This document shows positions 50,177-61,999 of a stretch of DNA of 64,000 bases, one piece after another. The notes beneath the pieces are model-generated. The model did no database searches and was not told the origin of the DNA. It saw only the letters and a list, made by a program, of their open reading frames with translations. The number at the start of each line of letters is the position of its first letter. The stretch's first letter is position 1. Position numbers and translations under genes: made by a program. Source of the DNA: Octopus sinensis (taxonomy: Eukaryota); the NCBI RefSeq assembly GCF_006345805.1, contig NC_043022.1, positions 6,076,001-6,140,000 of the forward strand, written 5' to 3'.

Positions 50177-50555
50177 GCACTCCGTCGGTTACGACGACGA
50201 GGGTTCCGGTTGATCCGAATCAACGGAACAGCCTGCTCGTGAAATTAACGTGTAAGTGGCTGAGCACTCCACAGACACGTGTACCCTTAACGTAGTTCTC
50301 GGGGATATTCAGCGTGACACAGAGAGTGACAAGGCCGGCCCCTTGAAATACAGGTACAACAGAAACAGGAAGTAAGAGTGAGAGAAAGTTGTGGTGAAAG
50401 AGTACAGCAGGGATCACCACCACCCACTGCAGGAGCCTCGTGAAGCTTTAGGTGTTTTCGCTCAATAAACACTCACAACACCTGGTCTGGGAATCGAAAC
50501 CGCGATCCTATGACCGCGAGTCCGCTGCCCTAACCACTGGGCCATTGCACCTCCA
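50177..50555 (-). mobile_element. Young SINE sharing the family D tail but with a different central domain
   Basis: 3' part matches 34544-34710. The central roughly 130 bp is unrelated. tRNA-like head at about 50485-50555. Confidence 0.8.
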
Positions 50556-51600
50556 CTACAGCTCTGCAGTGGTGTTGGCACCAAAATGTCAAAACTGGAA
50601 AACACAACTCAATTATTTTATTGGGTTTTGCCATTTTCTTACATCAGAGATAAAATCAAGTCAGTCTGTCAATTAGGTTTGTTCGACATTAGAGGGAACC
50701 AGGAGTTGATAACAGAGTAAAGGACAGGAGTTAATACAGAGAAGGGGACAAGGGTTTTATAACAGGGAAAGTAATTGGGGTTTATAACAGAGAAGGGGAC
50801 ATCTTTGGAAAGGGCTTCTCTGTGAAGAAGCAAAAAAAAAAAAAATGAAATAAAGCTGTTGACTTAGCGATTAATTATTCTGATTATAATCAGTTGAAGA
50901 GAAAACGGGCCAGTATAGCGTGGGCCCTGGTATAGTGTATAGTGCTATCAGGTGTCACTAAAAATGTGTGAGATTTAAGAAAACCCAAAATTTAATGAAA
51001 ATCACTACACACACACAAAGGGATATTAGGGACCTTGCAAATGGCACAGAATTAAAGAACTGATTGGAAGAAATTCTTTGAGTTGAAGTCTGGGAAAGTG
51101 TTAAGCCAGTTGTTGCTTGGTATGTACTAGTAAAAAGAAGTTAGTAGCCCTCTCGTTGCTTCAGTATAATTAGGGAAATTAATTAGTCTACCATCAGCTT
51201 TTCTAAAAGTAATCAGGAGAATTGAAAACATTTACCACGTTTTTGTTGAATTTTTGTATTTTGCTTTTTCGCTGCTATTCTTTATTTCGTTTATTTATTT
51301 TTACCATAGCAACCTCTTGTTAAAGGAATGGGGTTGATATGTCTGAAGATCTCATGAGTCACTGCCTCTCTATTGTAAATCACTGAACGTGTGTGTATGT
51401 GTGCATGTGAGTGTGTGTATGTGCGCATGCATGCATGTGTGTGAGCATGTGTGCACGGGGGCGTGTTAGATCAATAGATATGTCCATTGATATTTAGAGC
51501 TGAATCTGTATATTGTAGAAAGTGAAAAGAATGGTGCAACAACAAAGCAGACAACATTAATCCCAACTGACTTGTCATTCTTATTTACTTTGCTGCTTTC

Positions 51601-51614
51601 GTTGCCATGGTTAC
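51601..51614 (-). promoter_or_regulatory. RFX X-box (perfect match), with a second 1-mismatch X-box at 51300-51313
   Basis: Reverse complement GTAACC-AT-GGCAAC fits GTNRCC-N0-3-RGYAAC. The second site is TTTACC-AT-AGCAAC. Confidence 0.5.
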
Positions 51615-52419
51615 CTTTACGAAGATTCGCACCTTTTCTGTAGAACTAACTGTTGCTACCTACCTACCTACCTACCTTTCTACCAACCTACCCTCCCAGT
51701 TATCTAACACCCTACCTATCTATCTATTAACTCTACATACCTATCTACCTACCTTCTACAAACCTGTTTACCAATCTACATACTTATGTACTTATCTTGC
51801 AGCTAGTAGCTAGCTACCTACCTATTTACCTACAAATGCACCCACCCACTTACTTATCTACCAAGCTGCCTATCTACCTATAATTCTACCCATCAGTCCA
51901 TATTAACTACCTACCAACTTATCTATTAACTTACATATCTTTATAGCTAGGTACTTACCTGTTTATCTACCTGTCTGGTTATCTACCATCCTCCCTACTC
52001 ACCTATGTGCCTGTCATTTTTTAAGATAGTTGGCTGTGATTTGAGCAAGATATAGCTGCTATCTCTAGAAGGTCAAGTAACCACATCCATGGGGCGTGTT
52101 CTTTTGCAGTTACCTGAATTCAGGTGACAACATGTGTTACCTTCTATCATGCTGTGAACTTGTCCACTGAACTGATCGTCACTGGTATAATCACCTGTGT
52201 GTATGTAAGTGTATGTGTATGAAGGTGTATATGTAAGTGTATGTTTAAATTGATGTTTGCATCTATAGACGACCTAACATGTATGCGGATGGTTTATGAA
52301 AAGGATCTACAAATATACGCATAATTGCATGCCTGCATACACACACACACACATGCTTACACACGCATATACACACGTTAATTCCAAAGACCCTTTACCA
52401 CTTAAATACAATACTCGTT

Positions 52420-52607
52420 TACTTGTTTCAGTCATTTGACTGCAGCCATGCTGGAGCACCGCCTTTAGTCGAGCAATTTCGACCCCGGGACTTATTCTTT
52501 GTAAGCCCAGTACTTATTCTATCGTTCTCTTTTGCCGAACTGCTAAGTGACGGGGACGTAAACACACCAGCGTCGGTTGTCAAGCAATGCTAGGGGGACA
52601 AACACAT

Positions 52608-52640
<33 letters not shown>

Positions 52641-52812
52641 CATATATACGACAGGCTTCTTTCAGTTTCCGTCTACCAAATCCACTCACAAGACATTGGT
52701 CGGCCCGGGGCTATAGCAGAAGACACTTGCCCAAGATGCCACGCAGTGGGACTGAACCCGGAACCATGTGGTTGGTTAGCAAACTACTTACCACACAGCC
52801 ACTCCTGCGCCT
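52420..52812 (-). mobile_element. SINE family A, young
   Basis: Near-consensus. Confidence 0.92.
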
Positions 52813-53746
52813 ATGTAAATTTTTTTTTTTTTTAGTTTGTTAAAATTCTTGCTTTGGGAGCCATACCAGTTTCCATTGCTTGTTTTTTTGTATGGCTTCT
52901 ACAGCTGGATGCCCTTCCCTAACACCAAAATCATCACTGCCACATTTTTCTGCCTCTTTTTCCCAGGCTGGTGTGAGCTGTAGTATTTCCCTCCAAGACA
53001 AAATCCCACCATTTGTTGCATTCCTTTGTCATCTCTTTTGTGGAACTTGTCCCCTTCACCATTTCCCTCCTTGCTCTTCTTCTCCTCCCATTAGATTCTT
53101 CCACATCAATCTCCTGCCCACTTCCTCACCCCTCTGCCATAATTCATACCCATTACATACCCGTGCTAACACAGTTGTTGTCTCTCTTTTGGTCCCTCAT
53201 TTGTCCTCAGTTTAATCTCTCGCCTCACCTTGACCTCACCCATCATTCACCCCACTTTTACACATACAGCACAGCATGCTTGCCTCATTTTTTCTCTCCT
53301 CCCTTTGCTGCCTCTTCTACATTCAGTGCCCGCGTCTCACCACCATGCAGCATCACACTTCATACACATGTATCGTACAATCCGTCCTTCGCTCAGAGAG
53401 AATCTCCTTGCTCTCAGCAGAGATGATAATAATAACTCTTTGAACTTTTTCACCCTATTTCTAATTTTGGCCACTACACCCTCCCCCACCACTACCGATT
53501 ATGTCACCTAGGTAACAGAAGCTATCAACTACGTCTACAGAGATGTATGTGTGTGTGCGTGTGGAGAGAGAACAAAACTGGAGAATTTATCAATAATTTA
53601 TGAACTAATTCTCCGGTTTTATCTTTTTTTTGTCTTGATACTCTGTGATCTTTCAGACTTGGAACGGGATAAGATCTCTTTTTAAAAAACAAAATCGTGA
53701 CGGGATGAGTTCTCTTTATAGTTTCTCTTCTTCGATATAATACACA

Positions 53747-53906
53747 GGCGCAGGAGTGGCTGTGTGGTAAGTAACTTAGCGGTTCGGCAAAAGAGACCGA
53801 TAGAATAAGTAATAGGCTTACAAAGAATAAGTCCTGGGGTCGATCTGCTCGACTAAAGGCGGTGCTCCAGCATGGCCGTAGTCAAATAACTGAAATAAGT
53901 AAAAGA
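53747..53906 (+). mobile_element. Internally deleted SINE family A
   Basis: The first 27 nt of the head join directly to ACTTAGCGGTTCGG of the tail. The B box, CORE-like segment and linker are lost. Confidence 0.85.
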
Positions 53907-53911
53907 ATAAT

Positions 53912-53942
<31 letters not shown>

Positions 53943-53963
53943 GTAGGTAGGTAGGTAGGTAGG

Positions 53964-54004
<41 letters not shown>

Positions 54005-54153
54005 GGGTAGATAGATAGATAAATAGATAGATAGATAGGTAGGTAGGTAGATATTTTGGATAGATGCAGGTATTTACTATGGACCCCACTTCTACCCCTA
54101 TTCGTCAATTCCCTACGTTCACCTCTAACAGTGTGTCAATGTCTTTTCCCCAG

Positions 54154-54212
54154 CTGGCATGAAGCCACCCGCCAGCCACCCCGTCACTGCTGCAAAGCCC
54201 TTCAGTCAGAAG
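54154..54212 (+). CDS. Candidate internal exon (S)WHEATRQPPRHCCKALQSE(V)
   Basis: Branch-like CTCTAAC about 25 nt upstream, acceptor TCTTTTCCCCAG|, weaker donor AAG|GTCGGG. Phase 2 in and phase 1 out bridges 26465 and 60755 without a stop. Confidence 0.45.
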
Positions 54213-54344
54213 GTCGGGCATTTTCTTTGTCTTGAAATTTACTCGGTGGCAACATCAAGGAAAAAGCAGCCATTATACTCTGCTACGTGGTTGGCACTAG
54301 GAAGGGCATCAAGCTGTAGAAATCATGACAAAACAGGGGTTAGG

Positions 54345-54572
54345 GCTCAGTGTGTTTATATGTATATATATATGTATGTTTGTGTGTCTGTGTTTGTCCC
54401 CTTAGCATTGCTTGACAACCGATGTTGGTGTGTTTATGTCCCCATCACTTAGCGGTTCGGCAAAAGGACCGATAGAATAAGTACTGGGCTTACAAAGAAT
54501 AAATCCCGGGGTTCGAGTTGCTCGACTAAAGGCGGTGCTCCAGCATGGCCGCAGTCAAATGCCTGAAACAAG
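54345..54572 (+). mobile_element. SINE family A, 3' module
   Basis: Linker plus tail consensus. Confidence 0.85.
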
Positions 54573-54989
54573 TAAAAGAGTATATATTTACTGGACAGAC
54601 ATTAAACGATGATGATGACGATGTGTGTGCGTGTGCGCGCACACACACACCTTATATAAAATACAGGTATCCTATCAAAACGTCCAACTTGTGTCGGTAA
54701 ACAAAGCGGACGTAGAAATGATATGCACAAGCATATAATGTGTGTGTGTGTATATATAGGTATGTATATTTATTAGTCTCACACATTTGTGTGTGAATGT
54801 AATTATATATACATATATATGTGTGTGTGTGTGTATATACATTTACACCTATCGTGAATATACACGTGACTAGGAAGATATACGTTTCTTTCACTACCTG
54901 TATTCATTATTTACCTGTAAGTATTCAGAGGTGAACCATTTATAACCTATCTTTCGTATTATTTTTGTTGTTATTTCGCGCGCATTCCC

Positions 54990-55069
54990 CCTCCTTTGCT
55001 CATCCACCCTCGTTTTCGATTCTTTAAACTCCCAATTTTCCGCCTCACTCGCTCTCTTACTCTCCTTCC

Positions 55070-55100
<31 letters not shown>

Positions 55101-55790
55101 GCCTTTTATATTCTTTTACGTTTTTTTTTCTTACCCTTTTTTTTATCCATTTTATATACGTTTTACATCTCATATTTATTATCTTTGTTACATTCTCTCT
55201 CTTAACACTTCTACTTATCTCTTTCCTCTTCTCTCTCTCTCTCTTCCGAAACATTCCCTTTTGTCTTTGACCCTCTCTGTCTCTTTTGAGATCCCCCCAC
55301 CCTCTCTCTCTATTTCTACTGCGACTGCCTCTCTCTCTCCTTCTCTGTCTATCTCTTTCGGCTCCCTCTATCTTTCTCTGTATACTTTTGGAACTCCCCC
55401 ATTTCCCCCACAGTCTCTCTCTCTCTCTCTCTCACTCACACTCTCTCTCTCTCTCACTCTCTCTCTCTCACACTCTCTCTCTCAATGCTTGTTTTTCTTC
55501 TCTTTCCAACCACTTTTACATTTTCCCTCGTTGTCGTATCCTTTCTCTAATCAACCTCCCTCCCTCCCTCTCTCTCCCTCTCCTTCCTTCCCACTTAACC
55601 TCCTTCCTTCCTCTTTCTTCCCCAACAAAACACGCAGGTGTCACCCTCTTTCCCTCCCTCCCCTTCTTGACCAACATTTACACTCTCTACCCCTCCCCTC
55701 TCATACTCCACTTTCTCTTTCACTCCTCCCTCCTCTATCTGTCTGTCTCTGCTTTAGTCTTTCATAAAGTGACACACACACACACACACA
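54990..55790. repeat. About 800-bp polypyrimidine/(CT)n-rich tract
   Basis: The plus strand is overwhelmingly C/T, with (CT)n runs. Confidence 0.85.
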
Positions 55791-56096
55791 CACACACTTA
55801 TAATAAATAAATAACTGATAGCTTGTAGGAAGTGTTTCAATTCCTATCAGGTGTTATCGCTGTCCATTGTTCGTCCAGTCACCTGACGCGACCACCACTG
55901 CCAAAAGGATATTCCCTTAAATGGACAAATATTAAAAGTTCAGCTTTTCAAAGTTTCCACACACAAAACGCACACACACACACACACACACACACGGGAC
56001 GATAAAAATAAATAAGGTCTCCTCACCTCCATTTCCCCCCAATTATTATTATCTCGAAAGGAGCCTCGGTTATCTTTTTTATTCCTCCGATTCGAG

Positions 56097-56163
56097 ATGG
56101 AGTTTGTCCCGGTAGAGTCCGAGGGGATCTTATTTCGTGGAAGTTTATTCCTGGAACCAAGAG
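56097..56163 (+). CDS. Candidate alternative first coding exon MEFVPVESEGILFRGSLFLEPR(V)
   Basis: ATG with G at -3 and +4 in CpG-retaining unique DNA. Donor GAG|GTATGG. The phase-1 end matches exon 60755. Confidence 0.42.
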
Positions 56164-56412
56164 GTATGGCACTAGTTTTACAACAAAGGACTCTTCCCTA
56201 GACACACAGACAGACAGACAGGTACAGTTGATGGCTTTCTTTGTATTTATAACTTCCTTAAGTTTGCTGTGTTTAATTAGCCCGACAGACGTTGTTTAGG
56301 GAGTTACAAGGTACATGTACACACACACACACACTTTGTCTAATCTCTCTCTATCTTATCTTAAATGTGTTTATAACTAAATACACCCATTTTGCAGAAT
56401 TATATATATATA

Positions 56413-56470
<58 letters not shown>

Positions 56471-56534
56471 TTTTTGTAGAAAAACATGAATCTGGAGAAG
56501 AAGTACACTCAAAGAAGTAGAGCAGTCTATATTT

Positions 56535-56871
56535 TATTACTGGGGAAGGTCGGTTTATAGGGTTACCCTGGGTTCTCGCCATAAAGGTCTTAGGGTTTGA
56601 AGATACGCCATAAAGGTACCCTTTATGACGAGAAACCCAGGGTAACCCGGCAATCTTTCGTCTCCAGTAGACCTTTCCGTCGATTTCCGTAAAAAAATTA
56701 ATTTTTTTTTTACATATGGGCTTGCGGGAACTTTTGAAGTAATGAGAGCGAAAGAGACTAAGAGAAAGCGATTGTATGACGAGGGAAGTTCTTTTGAAGT
56801 TACCGTGCATGGAAGCATTGATGTACATGTGTGTGTGTGTGTGTTTGATAAACCGACCTTCATCAGGAATA
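56535..56871. other. About 340-bp unit bounded by 24-bp inverted repeats, with an internal hairpin
   Basis: TATTACTGGGGAAGGTCGGTTTAT (56535-56558) versus the complement of 56848-56871 (TATTCCTGATGAAGGTCGGTTTAT), 3 mismatches. Internal hairpin at 56560-56648. Confidence 0.6.
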
Positions 56872-56962
56872 GATAAATAAATAAATATATATATATCTTT
56901 TGACATGTGTGTGTACATATAGCTTGTCTATCGTTTGATATAATTATGCATGTATGTTTGTA

Positions 56963-57011
<49 letters not shown>

Positions 57012-58107
57012 ATATGTATGTATGTATAACAATGTGTTGAAATATAACAGTCACTTACTTAGTGGTTAGGTCGTGAATCGATCCAACGACCCGAGGGACC
57101 TCTAGCTATGAAATCTCCCTCAAAACCACATCCTTAAATATCCTGAGATAAAACAAGACACACCGGATATTTTACTCTCGCGCATTTGCAGATCAACAAC
57201 AATAAGACGAAACGGTCACGACTGGGACGTCTTCGAGGATCAATTCGTTCAGAGCTGACCTGTGGTTAAACAACAACAACACGTGCTCCCTGGAACTTCG
57301 ACTTAAAATAGTTTGTGGAACATTTATAGTATAAGACTATGTATGTGGTCGTTATATATATATATACATAGGGGCTGTCGGTTACCCGAGGGCGTTGGTT
57401 CAATCCCCAGCGGTTGCCACTCTTTCAGTTAATGTCCTTAGGAAAGGCATGAGTGTCTCCTTAACTACAATTCTGCAAAGCCATGTCTGTACAAAAGGTT
57501 GTGTGTTTGTGTTATAAATCGAAGTGGTATATATATATATACACAAGCCGAAGCTGTGCACGTGTTGCTAAGTTTGAGCCACGGTCATGCCGGAGCAATG
57601 TCTCACGAGCCGATTAAAAGAACCTGTAAAGGAAGGGAGACGATCGACCTGCTAGAAATGGCAGTCATACCTCCGTTAAGTCAAGCCTTACCGTCTTATA
57701 AACAAAGACATTGGTTAACATTGTTCGAGTTGGGCTACTCCGGGAGAAAGATAGTGTGGTCGTCACGGTTGGAATGGTCTGTTTGCTCTGTCGGAGTTGA
57801 TACAGGTTAGGATAACAAATAAACCGTCACCAAAGCAATGTCTTGTATATAAATACATTTAAACCGAATTTGTGTCTGTTGCACCAAGTTGCGTACGTCC
57901 ATTTACCGGTGATGGTCAGTTAATCGAAGTCTTGAATGAAATATCGATCAGGTCATGCAAAGTATTTATAGATTTATTTTTAGATACTCGATACGCTCGT
58001 TCTATTAAAGCGGCAATTTGGTAAACAATCAAGCAATTTAATAAAATTAATTAACCCTGTGACTAATTATAAGTTTTACATCGTCTTATTTCGTTAGAGA
58101 TCATTAC

Positions 58108-58625
58108 AGTGTGTATATATACACTTGTGTGTATATATACACTTCTGTGTATATATACACTTCTGTGTATATATACACTTGTGTGTATATATACACTTGT
58201 GTGTGTATATACACTTGTGTGTATATATACACTTGTGTGTATATATACACTTGTGTGTGTATATATACACTTGTGTGTGTATATATACACTTGTGTGTGT
58301 ATATATACACTTGTGTGTATATATACACTTGTGTGTATATATACACTTGTGTGTGTATATACACTTGTGTGTGTATATACACTTGTGTGTATATATACAC
58401 TTGTGTGTATATTTACACTTGTGTGTATATATACACTTGTGTGAATATATACACTTGTGTGTATATATACGCTTGTGTGTATATATACGCTTGTGTGTAT
58501 ATATACGCTTGTGTGTATATATACGCTTGTGTGTATATATACGCTTGTGTGTATATATACGCTTGTGTGTATATATACGCTTGTGTGTATATATACGCTT
58601 GTGTGTATATATACGCTTGTGTGTA
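58108..58625. repeat. 18-20-bp minisatellite with a palindromic core
   Basis: Unit GTGTATATATACACTTGT contains the 14-bp palindrome GTGTATATATACAC. Variants are ordered along the array (CTTC, CTTG, then CGCTTG). Confidence 0.95.
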
Positions 58626-59147
58626 TGCACAACATATCTTATGTGGAATATACACTTTATTATATACACAAGTGTATACAGTGTATATACATTTGTGGGT
58701 ATATACATCTTATCGGAGATTACATGCGTAGAACAAAAAAGTTCCCTCCACATTTGTAAACGAAATAGACCCCTAATCACTACCATTTGTCTCCTTCACC
58801 TCTTTGTTGTTATTGTTTAGTTCCTAGTGATCCCTAATCGATAAAGTCTATAATCAACAGGGTTTCAACCACGATCATCCTTTTAGGGATCTAGAACTAC
58901 TTAGTTCACATTCTGCTTTAAGACATTAAACGGGTGTGCTTTTAGAGGGATTTGGTGATTTGGCTGCTATTTCTAGCAGGGTCAGTGTTAGTACGTAGCC
59001 ATTCCCGTCTTTTTGGTTCTGTGTTTTAAGTAAATGTACAACTTATTTATAATAATCCTGGGGTGGATTATCCCCTCCCCTGATTAAACCTGTAGCCATC
59101 GTGTTTAGGATCAATGTTTCCAATAAACATTGTTGTTATTGAACACT

Positions 59148-59362
59148 TTACTCTTTACTCTTTTACTTGTTTCAGTCATTTGACTGCGGCCATGCTGGAG
59201 TACCGCCTTTAGTCGATCAAATCGACCCCGGGACTTATTCTTTTTGTAAGCCCAGTACTTATTCTATCGGTCACTTTTGCCGAACCGCTAAGTGACGGGG
59301 ACGTAAACACACCAGCATCGGTTGTCAAGCAATGCTAGGGGAACAAACACAGACACACAAAC

Positions 59363-59397
<35 letters not shown>

Positions 59398-59568
59398 CAT
59401 ATATACGACAGGCTTCTTTCAGTTTCCGTCTACCAAATTCATTCACAAGGCATTGGTCGGCCCGGGGCTATAGCAGAAGACACTTGCCCAAGATGCCACG
59501 CAGTGGGACTGAACCCGGAACCATGTGGTTGGTTAGCAAGCTACTTACCACACAGCCACTCCTGCGCC
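59148..59568 (-). mobile_element. SINE family A, young and full length
   Basis: Near-consensus. Confidence 0.92.
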
Positions 59569-59874
59569 TATGCAGAATGTTGTTTTATAAGCTCTGTGTG
59601 TGTGTGTATAAAGGTATAGAAGATGTATGTATATAGATGTGTGATGCTTGTGTACATACGCATACATATCAGCATCATATAGCGTCCGTTTTGCATGCTG
59701 GCATGGGTTGGACAGTTTGACAGGGGCTTGCCAGCTGTAGAGCTGCTCCAGCTGTCTGTTGTGCCGTGGATTCTATAGCATGGATGCCCTTCCTAATGCC
59801 AACCACTTTACAGAGTGTCTGCTGGGTGCTTTATGCATAACACCATCATAGGTGCTTTATACATGGAACCAACG

Positions 59875-60290
59875 TAGATAGATAGATAGATAGATAGATA
59901 GAGAAGTAGATAGATAGATAGATAGATAGATAGGTAGGTAGATAGAGAAGTAGATAGATAGATAGATAGGTAGGTAGATAGAGAAGTAGATAGATAGATA
60001 GATAGATAGATAGAGAAGTAGATGGATAGATAGAGAAGTAGATAGATAGATAGATAGGTAGGTAGGTAGATAGATAGATAGATAGGTAGATAGAGAGATA
60101 GGTAGGTAGGTAGGTAGATAGAGAGATAGGTAGGTAGGTAGGTAGGTAGATAGATAGATAGATAGAGAAGTAGATGGATAGATAGAGAAGTAGATAGATA
60201 GATAGATAGATAGAGAAGTAGATGGATAAATAAGTAGGTAGATAGACAGTCAAGCAGATAGATAAGTAGACAGACAGATAGACTGGTAGA
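59875..60290. repeat. (GATA)n/(GGTA)n microsatellite punctuated by GAGAAGTA
   Basis: Directly visible. Confidence 0.92.
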
Positions 60291-60754
60291 TATATATATT
60301 TCTGAATGACAGAGTTTAGAAACTACAAAAGAGTTTGGTGTTGCCGTGGAATAGTGAAACCGAAATCTCACCAGACTTTTGTGATGCTATGTCTGCAAAA
60401 CATTGTCATTCCACAACACCAACCAAGTTCTTCAGGATGTGACCCTTGGTGTTTCTAGGATTCATAGGAAAACATTAGTAACTGCATTTCAGAAATGGTA
60501 ACAACTGTGCCTGGTTTTTCTTTCAAGTGCCTTTATCTTTTGAGAGAGAGAGAGGGGGGGGGGAGGCTCCCCTAAATATCATCCTTTTTTATTTCCCGAT
60601 GATTTCTTGCTGTCCCTTAAATTCTCCACTTCTGTAAAACATGGTGTCTGTAATTAGGTGGTATTGTTGTCGTAATTGAATGACATTATTGTCGTTGATT
60701 AGTCTTCATAATCAATAACAGGTGATCAATAGAGTTCACTTTCACTTTTGTCAG

Positions 60755-60819
60755 TTTGTGAGTACGACACGAGTGGAACTCTAAACTGCATGACTGCCCT
60801 GTATCAGTCTAAAAGGCAG
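60755..60819 (+). CDS. Internal coding exon (V)CEYDTSGTLNCMTALYQSKRQ
   Basis: Strong acceptor CACTTTCACTTTTGTCAG| and strong donor CAG|GTAAGC. Only one of three frames is open (phase 1 in, phase 0 out). Confidence 0.68.
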
Positions 60820-60979
60820 GTAAGCCTGAGACGAGTGATGAATGGGCAAGCTTCTAGGTTGAATTAGTTAGGTTAGTAAATACTAAATTAATCTAAAGTA
60901 AAGAAGTGAAGACTTCGATAACGAAAGTATTGTACAACTTCATTAGTGATGTCTTATACTTCACGTTTATTAAATAATT

Positions 60980-61140
60980 AGGTGCAGGAGTGGCTGTGTG
61001 GTAAGAAGCTTGCTTCCCAACCACATGGTTCTAGGTTCAGTCCCACTGTGTGGTACCTTGGGCAAGTGTCTTCTACTATGGTGTTGGGCTGACCAAAGCC
61101 TTGTGAGTGGATTTGGAAGCTAGAAACTGAAAGAAGTTCA
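60980..61140 (+). mobile_element. SINE family A, head module only
   Basis: Head consensus followed by a microsatellite. Confidence 0.82.
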
Positions 61141-61335
61141 TCAAGTGTGTGTATATGTATGTATGTATATGTATGTGTAAATGTATTTATGTGTCCATAT
61201 ATATATGTATATGCATGTGTATGTGTATACGTATGTATATGTATACATATGTATGCTTGTATATGTATATATATGTGTGTGTGTGTGTGTATATATATAT
61301 GTATGTGTGTGTGTATATATATATGTATGTGTGTG

Positions 61336-61373
<38 letters not shown>

Positions 61374-61586
61374 TATATAGGATAAAATTTTCACAAAATT
61401 TTATCAATGGCCAGCATATTAAAAAATACCTTTAAAGGTTAAATTTATAAACAATTATAAACAAGGGCATTTTTTCCTTTTGCCCTTGTTTATAAGTTGT
61501 GTGTGTATATATATTATATATATATATGATTTATGTATGTACATTTATATATATATATATATATTATATATATATGTATGTACATT

Positions 61587-61620
<34 letters not shown>

Positions 61621-61629
61621 CATTTATAT

Positions 61630-61665
<36 letters not shown>

Positions 61666-61999
61666 ATTGTGTGTGTGTGAAGTACACAGTTTAAAAAATA
61701 AGTATAGAGCTCAATTAGTTCAACTAAAACCTTTCAAGGCGGTCCTCCAGCATGGCCACAGCTCTCCAGCATGCTTCAGTCCAATGCTTGAAGCAATAAA
61801 AAATACGTATGTTTATTTTGTTTTTCCGCAGAAGTTGCAAAGTGGCTCAAGGGCCAAGAGTTTGATGCAGTGCCACTTAAACTTCAATAAGTGCCGGACA
61901 CAATTTCTCAGTCCTGAAGTCACTCTGACTCTTCTGCCAATAAAAAACAATGTACTACATATATAGGTGTGTGTGTTTATATATATAGAGAGAGAGACA

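Noticed and set aside
41494-52123. Extra plus-strand exon candidates (about 41494-41545 and a 14-nt microexon at 52110-52123)
   Set aside because: They are phase-compatible but have weak splice sites. Such candidates are frequent by chance in a 27-kb intron.
56848-56871. Functional hammerhead at CTGATGA (minus)
   Set aside because: The downstream GAAA and stem II partner are missing (CAAAC followed by (AC)n).
60785-60819. Gene naming from faint resemblances (MTALY versus the NIM1K N-terminus; MSTL…EEDELQ at 9567 versus ANAPC15)
   Set aside because: The matches are a few residues recalled from memory, which is insufficient without an alignment.
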